The notes under the pieces were generated by a model that made no database searches, was not told the origin of the DNA, and saw only the letters and a program-made list of their open reading frames with translations. The position numbers and the translations under genes were made by a program. This document shows, piece by piece, positions 50,224 through 64,000 of a stretch of 64,000 nucleotides of DNA. The stretch's first letter is position 1. The number at the start of each line of letters is the position of its first letter. This DNA comes from Massalongia carnosa (taxonomy: Eukaryota): the NCBI GenBank assembly GCA_965645245.1, contig OZ287072.1, positions 2,108,001 to 2,172,000 on the forward strand, in the 5' to 3' direction.

Positions 50224-52289
50224 CTCATCGAACCAAAGGGGCCGTCAAACGCGGAGGCCATCGCAGCTCTGACGTTAATTTCCGGAACCGCTTGAGAAAA
50301 TTAGATACAGAAGGCGATGGATGCTCCAGATGGCTATTTCTTTTTATCGTGCAATGACCTTGCACCGTCTGCCAAGCATTAACAAGAGTGTAGTAGTCGT
50401 GGCATGGGTATACATATACCTCTCCCATGGCTTCCGGGTACTTCTGACAGCACCCAGAAACGCAATCGGTGCTGTGTCCTCAGACGATAACTCGAAATAA
50501 TCGAGCCCTAATTCGGGCCTCGGCTTTTTACTTTAGAGTCTGTTTTCTCTGATTCCGCAAAAATAAAAATTAAAGTTGTGGCGTAAGCCGAGAAATAGGA
50601 TATATCATTGGAATATCGAAAGTAATCCTTCCTCGAAGATACTAAATCACAAGATGAGAGGCCTATATCAGGTGGGGAGTTTCCTAGCAAGACAAATTTG
50701 GGCTGGAGAGGGCAAAATCGCCCTGGAAAATTCTCAATATTTTTCTTCATATACTATACACTACGTAACTTTCTTGATATACAGTAGCGAAACTGTGTAT
50801 ATATTCCACGAAAAACCACGGATGTCAAGCTTAGCGCCCTTATTTCTGCATTCGAAGCTGAAGGGGGAGCTCGGCAAATAGACGCAGCCTCTAACCCAAG
50901 CTAAAAGTATTGATCAGTATTTTTTGAAAGGGTTATATTTGGCCGCCTCAAGGAAAGACACATTTCTGAACGATATATTAGCCTCTTCCCTTTCGTATGC
51001 TCATTTTCGGAAGTTTGCCGGGAAACAAACCCGCACCTGATTAGACAACCAAATTTCCCTCCGGGCACCAGCCCTCACAGAAGGTTTATCAGATTACAAA
51101 TTACTACTATTACGGCCTTGATAAAAAGCCTGGTTTTCTTCATATGTCTACTCATCATGACTTTCTGCTCCGAGTTAATGTTGACAACATTAGTTCTCCA
51201 GCAGTAAATGACTGCACTGCCCCTAATATTATCCCTTCTCCTGTTGAGGGGAGACTGCTATGATATGACAAGGGGTGTACCACACACTTTCCTAGTATTG
51301 ATCACTCCTCTTTAGTTCTGAGAAATATTTACATATTGAGTAGAGCCTTCAGTCATATTTTGTTTATCCTTTGTTTTACCTCGACACTTTTCATAGACTA
51401 CATAGCGACCATCACAAGATGGAAGCACACGCTCGATAAGTCAAGACTCTTTCATGGCACTTCTATCGGTTTCTTATATTAGATTTCCAACCCATAATTC
51501 TTCTCGGGGATTGGGAGTTCTGAGCATTCGGGCCAAAACTTCAGTTACTCAGCGGGAGTGAGGCATTTATATCTATTGGGGGGGGGACAACGAAACGAAG
51601 ATGTCGACTGTTTAGTGACCTCCATAAGAACGGCCGTCCTGGGCCTTAATCTAAACGAGGCTTCTGTCCGCCTAGTGTTTTTCGATTTGGCAGATTCGGT
51701 CGGCTTATTTCTGCATTGTATCGGTCGACTTCATCGTTGCTCTATATCTCAAGCTAGGATACGGAGCATACCTGGAACACATGTATCAAGAGTCCTTATA
51801 CGCTCATATTACTAGAGGTGGTCATTTCAGTTAGCCTTTGCGTACCTAGATAAGTCGCAGATCAGCTTCCGTACGGTTCATTTCTGCCCTGGACCTAATT
51901 AGGGGTCTATTATCCCTTGTAAATTCCTGGAGCTAAAGTGGAAGGGCGACGAGTACGAGAAGGTTTCAGGACGATGAGAGTCACCAGTTCATTTATTGGA
52001 ATTTTCGAGTGCGGACAAAATTTTCCTAATATGCCGTCATGCCAGCATGCTTGGGAATTGTGAGCCCAGTATGACGGCTGGATCCCCGAAGAGCCGTCTA
52101 CTTTCACTCAACTACAACTATAACATTACAATTCTCAAGTCGAACGCATACGATGTCAAGCGATATATTGCCGCTGTGCATCAAAGGTTGATCTTGCCCC
52201 TTTCAACTCAATCTTCGATTTCGGCTTATTGCGTTTAATTGGGATTCGGCTCTTCTCGACTTCCAAATTCTCGTTAAGTTTGGTCAACA

Positions 52290-53095
52290 TACTTCAGGGT
52301 TAAGGGTGTTAAAGGAGACTGAGGTCATCGAACCCTATCTCAGCCTACCTACATTAAAAAGGTCCCAGAGAAGTTTCATATGCAGAACGCAAAACACACC
52401 AATACCTCTATAAAATAAGGCAGTTTGTTCAGAAATGAATCTCAGGCCTTTAAAGCAAACAGTAAAGGAACACCAAACGATAATAGGACTTATGATGTTC
52501 GCTGTGATAGAGACGCAATTAGACATAACTTTCGCAACCTCAGTGATCAGTCGACACGCCAAAATTTCAGGCAAATCAGATATGAAAGTTATCAAAATCA
52601 TACTCAGATATCTTAGTGTCATCAAAGTCAGAGGCATAAAGTTTGATAAGAAGATATGTTCATACGCAAAATATTCTGATTCTGACTGAGTCGGAGACGA
52701 AAAATATCGCAAGCTCGTCTCCAAGTATGTCTTTATGCTGAAAAATGAATCAATCAATGGATGTTTCAAAAGACAGACAATCGTCGTACTTTCATTTATA
52801 GAGACTGGATGTATGGCACTCATCTTAGCAGGTAAGAAGACCATATGAGTACGCTTATTGATGACTGAACTCAATCTGATGCATGAAGATGATATTTCCT
52901 CGACAGTGAATGTACTTGAGAGGGAAGGCACTATAGCATTAAAAGGCAATAATCAGATTGCTATGGCACTGGCCAACAATCTCAACTTATATTCAAGGAC
53001 TAAGCACATGGACATTTAGCATCACCTCATACGGAACAAGGTCACGGAGGGACGAACAGAGGAGTTCAAGATATTCGATAAATAGGCCCTAGAAT
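52290..53095 (+). mobile_element. Ty1/copia pol relic (RT C-terminus and RNase H)
   Basis: LSQPTYIKKV, IGLMMFAVIETQLDITFATSVISRH, IILRYL, YSDSD*VGD, KRQTIVVLSFIETGCMAL, RTKHMDI*HHLIR. Confidence 0.9.
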
Positions 53096-56000
53096 GCAAA
53101 CGCCTCCCGTAGGAGGTTTCTGCATTCTCGAATTAGTAATATACTACATATATTGACGAATAGCCAGTTCATTGATGGCATAAAGATATCTTGCTTGTGT
53201 CGAAGTAACGAAATGTAACCGCTTTCCCCTTTTCAACCGTTAGAGGTTTGGATTCGAATATTTGACTGGCTAAGATTACTAGAAATGAATGGCACATTAA
53301 ACCGGATTCAGAATTCAACCCATCCATATGACATCTAGGGGAGATCCTAGAGTCGAGCTCTAAAATAGATAAGCTAAAGAGCAACATAGAGGATTTGGGT
53401 TAAGACTATAGGGTCCGCCTGGTGGCTTCATGCTACCCCATCGGCCTACAACAATGGCCCAGAACAAGTAATATATGTATTTTGTGTATCTACACCAATG
53501 CCAGGGACTCGAACCATACCGTTAGCTTGCAACAGGACTTGAGCAGTCTAAAAAAGGAAAAGTCAAAGGCCCTTAGATTCTTTGTCTAAAGTTTCCGAGG
53601 TACTTTCAAGACGTCAACATCACGGCGAGGGAAAGCTCTAGAGCAATTCATATCATAGCTAAGCTATAAAGGTTGCCCGTGTCACTACCGTTTCAGCACC
53701 AAGAAATTAGGAACTAGAAGCTATAAATGGTCTGAAAAGATTTCAAATGACATTTCTCCTTACCCGCGCCCTCTAACCACAGGGCAAACCGGGGAAGCAT
53801 TTGGGTTCTTACAAATTCTTGCGTTTCTGCTCAGTGTATATGAATAGATATTAGATGGCCACGGTCTTCTAGTTAAGTCTCAGAAAGGATCCGGGAAGAA
53901 ATTCCAGGGAATATTCATATATACTATATTTCCCTCAGCCTTGTGGAAACCCGTGCGCAAGCACCGCTATCAAGTCCTCTATTGGAGTAGTGAGCACGTG
54001 TTTCGCCGAGACCTGATCAAGGAAGGGGATCAGAGTCGAAAACTAAGGATTTGCAGAGCAAGTCTTTGGATCCTCTTTGTTGAATGCAATGAGATCCATC
54101 GCTGATTGTGTCCTCTATAATCTCAAACGATATCTTGGTCTTAACACTGACCGATAGAAACCGGTCCGATCTTTCGATCGGAGGTGTTTCCGTTGCCCAT
54201 TCCTGGGCAGGACCCATCCTCCATGGAGCTGCATAGACTTCTTTCGAAGCCTTACACAGCCCCCTCCCAACCAGGTTGGGAGGACCAGCACAGGGGGGAG
54301 GATCCCGGACGGCATAGGAAGCGGTAGGTGTGGTCGAGGGCTTTAGGATCGACCGTCCTACAAAAAGCGAAGCCACAGTTATATTTTGAAGAAAGTAAGG
54401 ACGATGTATACGCCCAGAAAGTGTCTCATATCATCAGCATGTCTTATCAGAAAGAAACTGAATCGACTCTAAGCATAACCAATGACGGTTGGCGTCTCGG
54501 GAGGTCATATCATCAGATTGGAAAAGAAACATCTTTCTATCCAGCCGGCCTCTTAACCTATTTACCACGGAGCCTATCAAATATACAAAAGATGCCAACC
54601 TAGAGGTTGGCGGAATGACGAAAGAGCGCACAGAATTTTTCATAAACTCAGAAGTCGATTTGAAAGATATTATTGGTTCAACTCAAACTCAATCTTCGGA
54701 GTTAAACAAGGAGTTAAACAAGGAGCTACAAAATATCCCTAGAAAATGGTCTTTAACCTGTACAGGCAATTTCGCTGGATTTCATTTTAATCAAATACGA
54801 ATCTTAACTCATTAAAACCATCATATCGAACCCGGAGGGAAAAGAAGGACGCAGCGTTTCCAACTGGCGGTATGAAGCTCCTTTCCGAACATATGGTACA
54901 TGGACCGGGAAACCAACAGCGAGCAAATCCAGTCATTCAAGCACTATTTCGCTATCTTCTCTCTCACAAACGTTCCACCAGAAATGCAACGCGATATTAG
55001 ATTTTCGGCTACTTCATCGCAGATTGTTCTTTCTAGCCTTTCATGTCATTATCATGTCAAGGGCAAGGGAGGGCTTTGGTGCATGGATTCGTTTCGGGAC
55101 TGCGATAGCCGAGTGATCCGGACATAATCTTCGCCCTTCGGGTCTTAGTACTTAGATCGCAGCATGTTCCTATCGAGGCATTGTACCCTTGGCTATAGGA
55201 ATGGCCAATACTTTATGTATCACAAGGGGACATACGTTGAAACCACGACAAAGCCGGAAGAGAATGAGAAGAGCCTTGGTCAAGACAAAGCAATTATGCC
55301 TCAACTTCGCTACCCAATAATCCATCAAACTCACAGTCGGTACTGCGGCCCACTCTTTGTGTTTAAGAAGCTGGAGCATGATAACCTAACCTTTTTTTGG
55401 TTAAGTAGCATTTTACGGCGGACCGATACTTACTTCGAAGATATCCAAGATACGCTGCTCGCTGCTTCTTAAATGACCAGGGTTTATTTTTCCTTCAAGA
55501 CACACCTTGCGCTCCACGCCAACGCGGAGATACCACAAAGCTTCGGAGCTGAAAAGTTTACCGGCTTCAAGTGCATCTCCGAAGAGGTTCGTCTTATATT
55601 AGAAAATGGGCCCAAGAGAAGGTTTCACTCCCCAACGTTTTCGAGTGCGCAAAACTCTAAGATGGAGTGTTCCATCTTGGCCGTTTTCCTCTGTCCATCC
55701 AACTTTGTTTTTAGGGATACAGCCCTACTCGACAGACTACCATCAGTCAACCATTTAAGTTGATTTTTGTGACATAGGACATGGTCCCTTTTATAGGGAC
55801 AGATCCATGAGCACCATCTCGGATTAAAAACATTACCACACATGTTGCTTCCAGCTCATTAACTTCCTGCCAGTCCCTCACCCTTGGATAGGTATATATT
55901 ATATATCAATAAAGGCAAGACTTCGATCCGGCCGTAGCTCCGGTGCTTACGATTTTAAACATCAGAAGTGCCACCACGGAGGAGGATCATCTAATGCGCT

Positions 56001-57373
56001 TTTTTTCGGTGAAAATCCTAACTTTCTTTAGCGAGGCAATACATAACAACGGAGAGTACGAAAAGAGCGGACTCCAAACTCGAGTCATGTGGTATAGACT
56101 TTCGGTCGCCCCTGGGTTCAAGTGGTGGCAAAAGATTTCAGCTGGGTCTGAGTGAGAAAAATGGCCTCCGGCGGAAATTCTCCCTCGGAGTGGTTCGGTG
56201 GAAGCTTATTTTTAAAAGCCCAGTTATAGTAGAGATATTCTTGTAAAATATCTAGGGGTTTTGAGAGGCCCACATAGGATAACATTATCCAAGCCGATTT
56301 CCAAGACATACTTCAACAATCAATGGGCAAAATCAGCGAAGAGAGCACTATTATACTATACTGTAAGGCTACAAAGCTCGAGTCGAGACAGAATTCAGCC
56401 CAGAGAAGTTTCCAATTGGGCGCGCCCAGAACCAGAGTTGTCTTATCGGCAGAGAGGTTCGAGTACTAGTACAGTCCTAGCAGGTCTACTAGGTCAGAAA
56501 CCTCTACGTGGTGCAGGCTATCAACAACTCCTCGGAGGTGGCCAATATCTGATCATCGCCAACGCGGAAGGCCACCTCGGTGATCGTTTGAATGATCAAC
56601 GTCTCTACTGATCATCCACCACTTCGAAGGCATACAAAGCCCATTCATTCGGAATGGCCACATTCACACTTCCATTTATAACGACACCATGATCTGGCCT
56701 CGATCACGGCCCTTCTTTCCTCCATTGAATCCAAACGGTTAAAAAGAGAGAACGTTTGTCGAACGTGTGAAGATACACTGTCTAGTTCATCAAGTCTATA
56801 GGATTCCTAGTGCTTGGAAGATCTAGGCGTATAGCAGTCATTTTGCCGTGCTTTACCATGCTCTGAAACTTGGCAACGCGATTTCAAAGTATGGTAATTT
56901 TTTCTTTCCTGTCGTAAGATCTGCATCACGGGATGTTAAAATCCCCCGCCGTTGTATCTACCCATATTGTATTGCTTCACAGAGCTTCGCAATATGTCGG
57001 GCTATAACCCTAGCTCTGCCAGGCAGGCTAAGCCATTAGCCGAGTTTTCACAATTTTTAAACCTCCATATAAAACCTTCGTAGCCATTCCTAATCACTAA
57101 AATGCATACTTCGCTGCTACAGGGAATCCATTCTCCCGCGGATGATGGACTAGAACAACATTGAGTTAGGTGTAGAAGAACTAATGATGATACAAACCCT
57201 GGAGCACTTATATTTATTGATGCGACACGATGCCTTGAGAGGAGAGTATGATAATACTAACGATAAGCATAACCATTTATGTCTTCGTATGGAGAATCTT
57301 ATGAATTGAGTTATTGAGCTTGATTTATTGATCTAAGCTCTTGATGATTGGAGAATGATTTACGTTCTAGATA

Positions 57374-57414
57374 GACACTTGGAATTGACACTTGGAATTG
57401 ACACTTGGAATTGA
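57374..57414. repeat. 13-bp tandem repeat x3 in a possible degenerate LTR (~57275-57530)
   Basis: (GACACTTGGAATT)3. On the minus strand the region begins TGTAAG and is followed by GGTTATG. Confidence 0.6.
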
Positions 57415-57899
57415 GGCGATGATTGCTTGCATTGAAAGGATTCCCCCAATTCTCTCAGTTGCTAAGTTTCTTGGAATGTTGGGATTCGGTTAATAGATTA
57501 CCGTATCCGAGCTACATATCGCTTACATACTGTAAATTGGCTGACATGAGTCTATAGAGCTGAAGGATTGGTGAAGTTACTAACGAGGAGAACTGGCCAT
57601 ATGCACCTGCAGGAGACCGACAGCCGGAGGATGCTCCGCCCCCACCTTCTCGCCCCCCCCTAATTTCGCTTTCTTGATCAACCAGAAAGAGAAACGCTTC
57701 ATGAAACTCCCTGATTCATGATGCCCACAAATATTCTCCGACAGAGAAGAACCGACCATTGATCATCAGCTCGCTAAGATGTAAAGCAAGTTGCTGGCCA
57801 ATGAGGAACACATGCCTACGGAGATACTTACGAAGGCTGTGTGGAGAACCGAGTGGATGGAGACGCCATGCGACATATGGAGTTTGAAGGCTAAGAAAA

Positions 57900-58260
57900 G
57901 GGAGCCGTGAAACCCTTTGAGCCAAGTAGAAGAGATGTTGAAAATACTACCCAAACAGGAAGCATTCGGCTATGCAGGCTTACCCACAAGATCTCGGCAT
58001 ATATGTACGGAGTACTACATACAATAAAGCGGTGGAAAATCTCACCATGTCGATGGCATCGATTGACAAATGGGCACGCCCATCTTCATGGCCGGGGGTA
58101 CCCGTCGCCTAAAAAAGCCAGTAACAACAAGCGGTTGAAATGATTAGCACCGACCTGTTGAAATGGCTGAAATTCCGATCTTCCAGAAACATTTCCAAGC
58201 ATATCGCCATTAAATATCACTACATCAGGAAATTTGATCAAGCAAAGACATCCAAGAGAT
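57900..58260 (+). mobile_element. Highly decayed second Ty1/copia pol relic
   Basis: SKHIAIKYHYIRK at ~58195-58233 matches the copia RNase H motif KHIDIRYHYIRE. Upstream similarity is weak. Confidence 0.55.
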
Positions 58261-60332
58261 CACAGCAAAGGAATCTATCGCGTTTAACGAGATTGTGAAG
58301 ATCATGAAACCAAGTCACAATTGTTTTTGCTTTAGTAGTAATTCGGCTAGGGCGAAAGGTAATGCCGGGACCGAGTGGAGGCAGGCCGTGGATAGCCGAG
58401 GGCAAGGGGCAAATAGTTGAGGAAGAAAGAGAATATAAAATAGATGGCCTTTTGGCACTTTTCTCCCCATCATCACCATTGATTCGGAGTCCAGTACCAA
58501 AAGGCCTTTTCCCACCTACTCCTTAAACTCAGCCGCATAGGTAGGGCCTCAGCAAAACTGAGCGCTAGCCGGGGCGGCAGCGAGGGGAGAGTTGCCCAAC
58601 CATAGATAGAAATTGTATATATATTCAGCCGACACGATGGAGCCCGCGAATTACAGCTAGCTTGGCGTAGTTAGTCTTGTTAGAGAGTATGCATTATCCT
58701 AGATACCACACGGTCTTACTCGTTCTTGTGACGCGACCCATTCCGCTACAAGAATGAAGGTATAAACAGAAGGATTATGGAGGCCCTCTCGCCACTATTC
58801 CCCCGTATACCCCCCCTACCCCCCCCCCCCCCAGGCCCCTTTTCCCGCAGAACAACTGCTCTTCTCATTTTCTTATCATCGAATCTCGCCTCAACTGCTT
58901 CACGCCTGCGCGAACGCCCTTGTTTTTTCTCTTCTTTTTTAAAAAAACATAAGGCTCTCGCCCATCTTCACTTATTTTCCCTCACCATCATGTACTTCTT
59001 AAATCCCATTTCCCCCCATTTCCTATCCATCCGTCCGGAGCGGACATACCTATTCATCCAAATAGAAATTATGTCAAATACCTATTTATGTAACTTTACT
59101 ATTTCTTGCCCAAGGCCTGTTTGTCCGTCCGTCTGTGCGTGTGGTCAGTAAGACACTCAATCAACTAATCAATCGATCATCTAGAAGTAGAAAAAAGAAA
59201 AGACAAAGCACGCTTGCTTGCTTGCGGCGCTCTTGCAACAAATATATCTACGGACGAACCAGAACTATACCAAAACACAAGATAAGGGAAAGGAGAGAAA
59301 CAGAAGGAGCTAAGGTGGGGGATTGCTGGGGGGAGAATGGCGTCGGTGCATGACGTGGTTGATGGTCTTCCTTGCGGTTCGGGAAGGGGATGGGGGACTG
59401 AGGGAACAGCTTGATGCACAGTAGAAACCGATATGATGGCTTGATGACTTAATAGAGAAAAAGGAATAGTAGGTAATAATTGATTGAAAAAAAAAGCGAG
59501 TAACGTTAAGACGGATATCGAAGCCACGGAATGACAGGACTATGGCAGAAAAGCCTAGAGTCATGGGTAGGCTTTGGAGGACAGCGCTTGCAAGAAATTG
59601 AATAGATAGTGTTCCTAGCCAAAGTTATCTAGAAATAACAGTTATTCGGGTTTAATGAGAATTTTCAGTTCATCACTTCAAAAGCTAGAGAAAGTCAGTC
59701 AATATGTAAAAGCTCTAGTGAGTGCGAAGGTCGCCTTTTTGTCGGTAGTTGATGGGGGTTCACATAAGAGCCTGTCGATAATAGGTCTGTGTTCCAGCTT
59801 TGCGGTTAGTCATAGGAAGTGGAGAGAAATGAACTACCATTAGGGGGAGATATTAGGGAAACACAACAAATCCCGCCCTTCCAAAACGTATTGTAGAATG
59901 GAACATGCATCTGAGCATGACTGTAAGGATGACTGTCAGAGCCAAAGCCACAAAGCATGCTATCTAATAAGACTCTTTATACGAAACTATACATCATAGG
60001 CTCAATCATAAGCTCAATCGTTCGATGACACCTTCCTTGGAGGACACAGAATGGCTTTCAGAAACTGGGGATAGACACCTCTACTCAAGCTGTGTGAAAA
60101 GGTGTAACCGTTGCAAGAGAGATGCTGCACAATTAGTCGTTAGCTTCCCTGTTTAAATATCCCATTTGGGAGTAAACTAGCAATGACGTCAGCAATAACA
60201 CGGAAGAAAAACCCATTCAACCTGCCATGCCATTCCGTCATCTCTCCTTTTCCTAACACCAACGACACCTTCAAGTAGTCAAACTCAATTACTCTCATCA
60301 TCAAACTCTGTTACCTTAAGCAACATCAAGGA

Positions 60333-60883
60333 ATGTCTCTCTTCAGAGCTCTACCAAGCAGAATTGTCCCTTTGACTCGAGCCCGTGTTTTCTCGAGCTC
60401 CCCATTCGTCTCCAGATCCGTTGTTGAAGGCACCAAGGACGCCCTCGACGCAGCCAACCGAACTATCAGCAATGCAGCTGTCAAGGGGATTGAGAAAGGA
60501 GGTCAGTAGTCTTGCTTGCATGTTGATGTGACATGTTTCAATTGAGCCATGATAACTGACAAATATTCCCAGAGGAGGTTGCACAATCGGTCAAGTCCGC
60601 GACAGGAATAAAAACATCTGAAGCCGAGGGGACCACCAGCGAGGTGGCGGGCGAGGTTAAAGGCAAAGCTCAGGAATACGCTGGCCACGCCAAGGGCAAA
60701 GCCTCCGAAGTGGCTGGGAAAGCAAAGGGGACGGCGTCTGAAGTGCTGGACCGCAAGCCAGAGGAGGTTGCTGGCGAGGCAAAAGGTAAAGTGTCTGAAA
60801 TGACTGGTCAGGCAAAGGGCAAAGCGTCTGAAGTGACGGGTCAGGCTAAGGGGAAGGCGCAAGAAGTCAAGCACAAGTTGTGA
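60333..60883 (+). CDS. LEA-like protein with mitochondrial-type presequence, 159 aa, 2 exons (60333-60501, 60573-60883)
   Basis: MSLFRALPSRIVPLTRARVFSSS presequence, TKDALDAANRTISNAAVKGIEKGE, and 11-mer repeats AKGKASEVAGx. Confidence 0.88.
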
Positions 60884-61814
60884 GATCCATGGAGAGTTTG
60901 TCTAGATATGCGAGGACTTCTTTCACTTGAGCACTCTTGGGATGCGTGTTACTTGCTGAGCATGGGGTCGAGAATTTGATAGGCGTAACTCTTGCACGTT
61001 ATCGTCTCAATTTCCGTTGAGTACACGGCGGTCAGCTGTGTATCGTTCCCAGTTCCTCTTCGATTCCTAGGGCTTCCCCAAATTCATCAAACATCAGGGG
61101 GTGAAAGCCATTCATCTTGTAAATCATGTCCAATAACACCATCAAACCGCATATCGTTTTCAGAACTGTACTTAAGAATCCGCATTGGCGCATTCCCGAG
61201 ACTCCTCGTCCACCCAATGGACAAACAGGCCAAACAAAGCAAACAGCTCCAATTCCCACACCCATCCACCTTTCCCGGAAAATATCCCGTCGCTTTCAGA
61301 AATTCCCCAACCTCCATCTCATGTTGAAAAATCAATCTTTTCAACCACGGAAATCGAAGAGTAAATATCTCCAACGAGTCATGGATCCATCTTCCCTCCA
61401 CTTTCCCCTCCAAGACTACCCATTGTGCACGAAGGCGGGACCAGCCAGAGTGAATATGAAGGGATGAGTTTTATGATGAGGAGAGAAGATGAGAGAAGTG
61501 CTTTGGGCTTTTATGGGGTTAGTGGGAGGTTGCGGCCCGATGCCCGGCCTTTTGTTTAGCGACTATGCCTTGTTCATACAAGGGGCGAAGCGAAGTGGGT
61601 GAGAGCCAGCGAGACACCGTCCCACCCCCACTTCTCCTTCTCTCCCTCATTCCTCTTTCCCCCCAATCACTCTCTCAACTAATTTGACCTTCAGAATTTC
61701 AGTGTAACCCACGACTCGCTCGGTGTTTGGCTTTGACGACGGGATCTAATCACACAAGCTAACAGCAATTGTATAATTGTTAATGAAACAAAAAGTTCTC
61801 ATCCCCAATTAGTC

Positions 61815-62720
61815 ATGCCACCTCCAGGTGGTGGAAGAGGCCGAGGCGGAAAGTTCAGCAAACCAACTCGAGGAGGTGGGATCCGTCGTATTTTTGGCCC
61901 TCCGTATAATTGATAACTGTGTGGTAGGAGGCAAGAAGTTCAGCAAGAACCTCACCCCGTTGGACGCCGATGGCAATCCTGTTGGCATGTGGGGAGTAAG
62001 TCCTCCAAAATTCCCTGAATGGATATAAACATCTTACTCGCACGATCCCACACTCACCGCCCTCTCTTCTAGGACCCACAAGCTAAAAAAGAGGAAGCCT
62101 CTTCCTCTTCCGAAGAGTCGTCCTCCGATTCCTCGGAAGACGACGATCCTAATAAACCAGTCCTGACCCGCGAGCAACGCCGCGCCGCCGTCAAAGCTAA
62201 AAAAGAGGCTGCAATCAAACGCAGAGCGCAAAAAGTTGCCAAACCCGGCGATCTCCCCTCGTCCTCAGAAGAAGAAGAGGACGAAGACGAGGACGAAGAA
62301 GACTCCGACAATGCTCCCGCCAACCCCAACCACACCGCTAAATCCCGCTCTCAAGCCTCCGCCGCGCCCCTCGTCCCCAACGCTGATGCCGCTCCCGGCT
62401 CCAAGCCGTCCAAATCGCAGACGCCCGCGTCGCAGCTATCCCGGCGCGAGCGCGAGGCGCTGCAGGCGCAGCAGGCCAAGGAGCGCTACCAGAAGCTACA
62501 CGCCGAGGGCAAGACCGACGAGGCCAAGGCGGACCTGGCGCGGCTGAGCCTGATCCGAGAGAAGCGCGAGGTTGAGGCTGCGCGCAAGAAGGCGGAGAAG
62601 GAGGAGCGGGAGGAGGCGGAGAAGGAGCGGGCGAAGGAGGCGGGCGAGCGGGAGCGGAAGAAGAAAGAGAGCGCTTTAGGGAGTGGAGCGGGCAAGGGTG
62701 GTGGTAAACGAAGGGTTTGA
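61815..62720 (+). CDS. PP28/PDAP1-like 28-kDa heat- and acid-stable phosphoprotein, 3 exons (61815-61875, 61928-61995, 62073-62720)
   Basis: [22 protein letters not shown] and [45 protein letters not shown]. Confidence 0.92.
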
Positions 62721-62759
62721 AAGGGGGGTTGGAAAGAGGCGGAATCGCAAAATGGGTTG

Positions 62760-64000
62760 CCAGAAGGCACTGAATGTGTATCAGGAAGGTCATGGTATCA
62801 TGAGTATTCTAAAGAATCAAACCCACGGTTTTCTTACTCTCTCCCTCGCCTTTCTTCACGACTTTCTTCTTTCCCCGTCTAAATTTCCCACCTCTTGCAT
62901 CATATCATATCATATCGCATCATTCTCCCTCCCCCCGCGCGCCCCAGCCAAAAGTTGGTCCCCTCCAATTGCTCCAACCTCCTACCTACCTACCTACCTA
63001 GCTATCACCGTCACCGGCACCATACCTACCTCTTCTTTTCATCTGTCACAGAAATCAAATCCCGATCCTGATCCGAATGCGAATGCGAAAGCTTTTATCG
63101 TTCTTTTGAAGATACTTTAATTAGTTGTATGATTGAAAAATATTTTTCTAGTTTTTGGGAGGGGGGGGGGGTGTGGTTTGGCTGGTTTTTGAGTATGAGA
63201 GAGAGAGAGAGAGAGGAAGAGGATTAGGAAGGGGATAAGTAGGGAGATAGGGAGGGAGGGAAGAGATTAAACAAGGAAGGGAGGTAGATTCACATACAAA
63301 TTATGTCAAACTTCCAATGCTAACACCAAAAAAAAAAACAATCCAGTCCAGTCCAGTCCAGCGTTTCCTACACCTCACCACCTCATCACCTCATTCCTCA
63401 TTCCTCCCTCCCCCAAAAAAACAACCTTAAAAACCTAAAAGTGGTCGATACCTACCAAGTTCCAATAAACCTGTCAAACCCAACCCCCCTTCATCTCCCA
63501 TCAAAGTTATTTTCCCTTACCGGATCAGTTATTATTCTCTCCTCCATTATTGCCATCAGCAGTATTTAGTAGCAACGGTTATGTAAAGGGAACTTGTGAT
63601 TCTGGTCGTGTTTATTTCATTTCATGTGTTGGTTGTTTTGTTTTTTGTTTTGTTTTTGTTGTTGTTGTCTTTTATCTCTAAAAGGTGTGAAAGGGGGGGG
63701 AGGATGACGAGAGAGATGGATAGGATAGGGGCAAGGGGAAGTAGAAAGGGAAGAAGAGGAGCGATGATGATGATGACTTGAGAGTAGAGATGGTTGATAA
63801 ATGTTGTGGACGGACGGATAGATAGATAGATAGATAGAGATGTATTTCTACTGATGAGTATTTCATTCCCATCATTCAGTTCCTCATTTCTCGGTTCTTA
63901 TCCCTTCTCACATCCACTCCTCCCCTTCAGCCCTGCCAAGGTCCGGGATTTGTATGTATGGTTCAGTTGACTTGGTTGGGTGAATTGGAGAGATGTTGGA
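62760..64000. repeat. Low-complexity/microsatellite-rich intergenic DNA
   Basis: (CCTA)n, (GA)n, (CCAGT)n, (GATA)n, (GAT)n, poly-G and poly-A runs. Confidence 0.85.

Noticed and set aside
58700..59850. Short ORFs and a TATA-like site upstream of the LEA gene
   Set aside because: Low-complexity translations and no coherent gene model.
1..64000. tRNA/rRNA genes, secondary-metabolite cluster, Starship captain, endogenous virus genes
   Set aside because: None recognised by eye. A covariance-model or HMM scan would be needed to exclude them fully.

Overview
Eukaryotic window from a filamentous ascomycete (Pezizomycotina): short GT-AG introns with CTRAY branch points, and microsatellite-rich intergenic DNA. 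A lichen-forming Lecanoromycete is plausible but not provable here. I built spliced models by hand for apsB/Mto1, prenylcysteine oxidase, VPS4, prefoldin 6, VPS41, RMND1/DUF155, mitochondrial IF2, a YisB-like HNH protein, a mitochondrial LEA-like protein and PP28/PDAP1. I also built models for four unassigned genes that the ORF track misses or captures only partly: a secreted Cys-rich protein, a divergent pair of micro-exon GPI-anchored proteins, and a 207-aa orphan. Two transposon nests are present. The first (11751-16011) is a triple nest: a Fot1/pogo-like host contains a two-gene, intron-bearing DD34E Tc1-like element, which contains a solo LTR with a 31-bp tandem array. The second (~30000-33670) is a pogo element with perfect 104-bp TIRs inside a deleted pogo element. 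About 42.4-58.5 kb is an accessory or decayed region with a degenerate NACHT-like ORF and Ty1/copia relics. No new biological system is proven. The best leads are the mtIF2 N-terminal extension (RanBP2-type zinc finger plus GW repeats), the micro-exon GPI gene pair and the nested elements. Family calls come from motif recognition by eye, not database searches.
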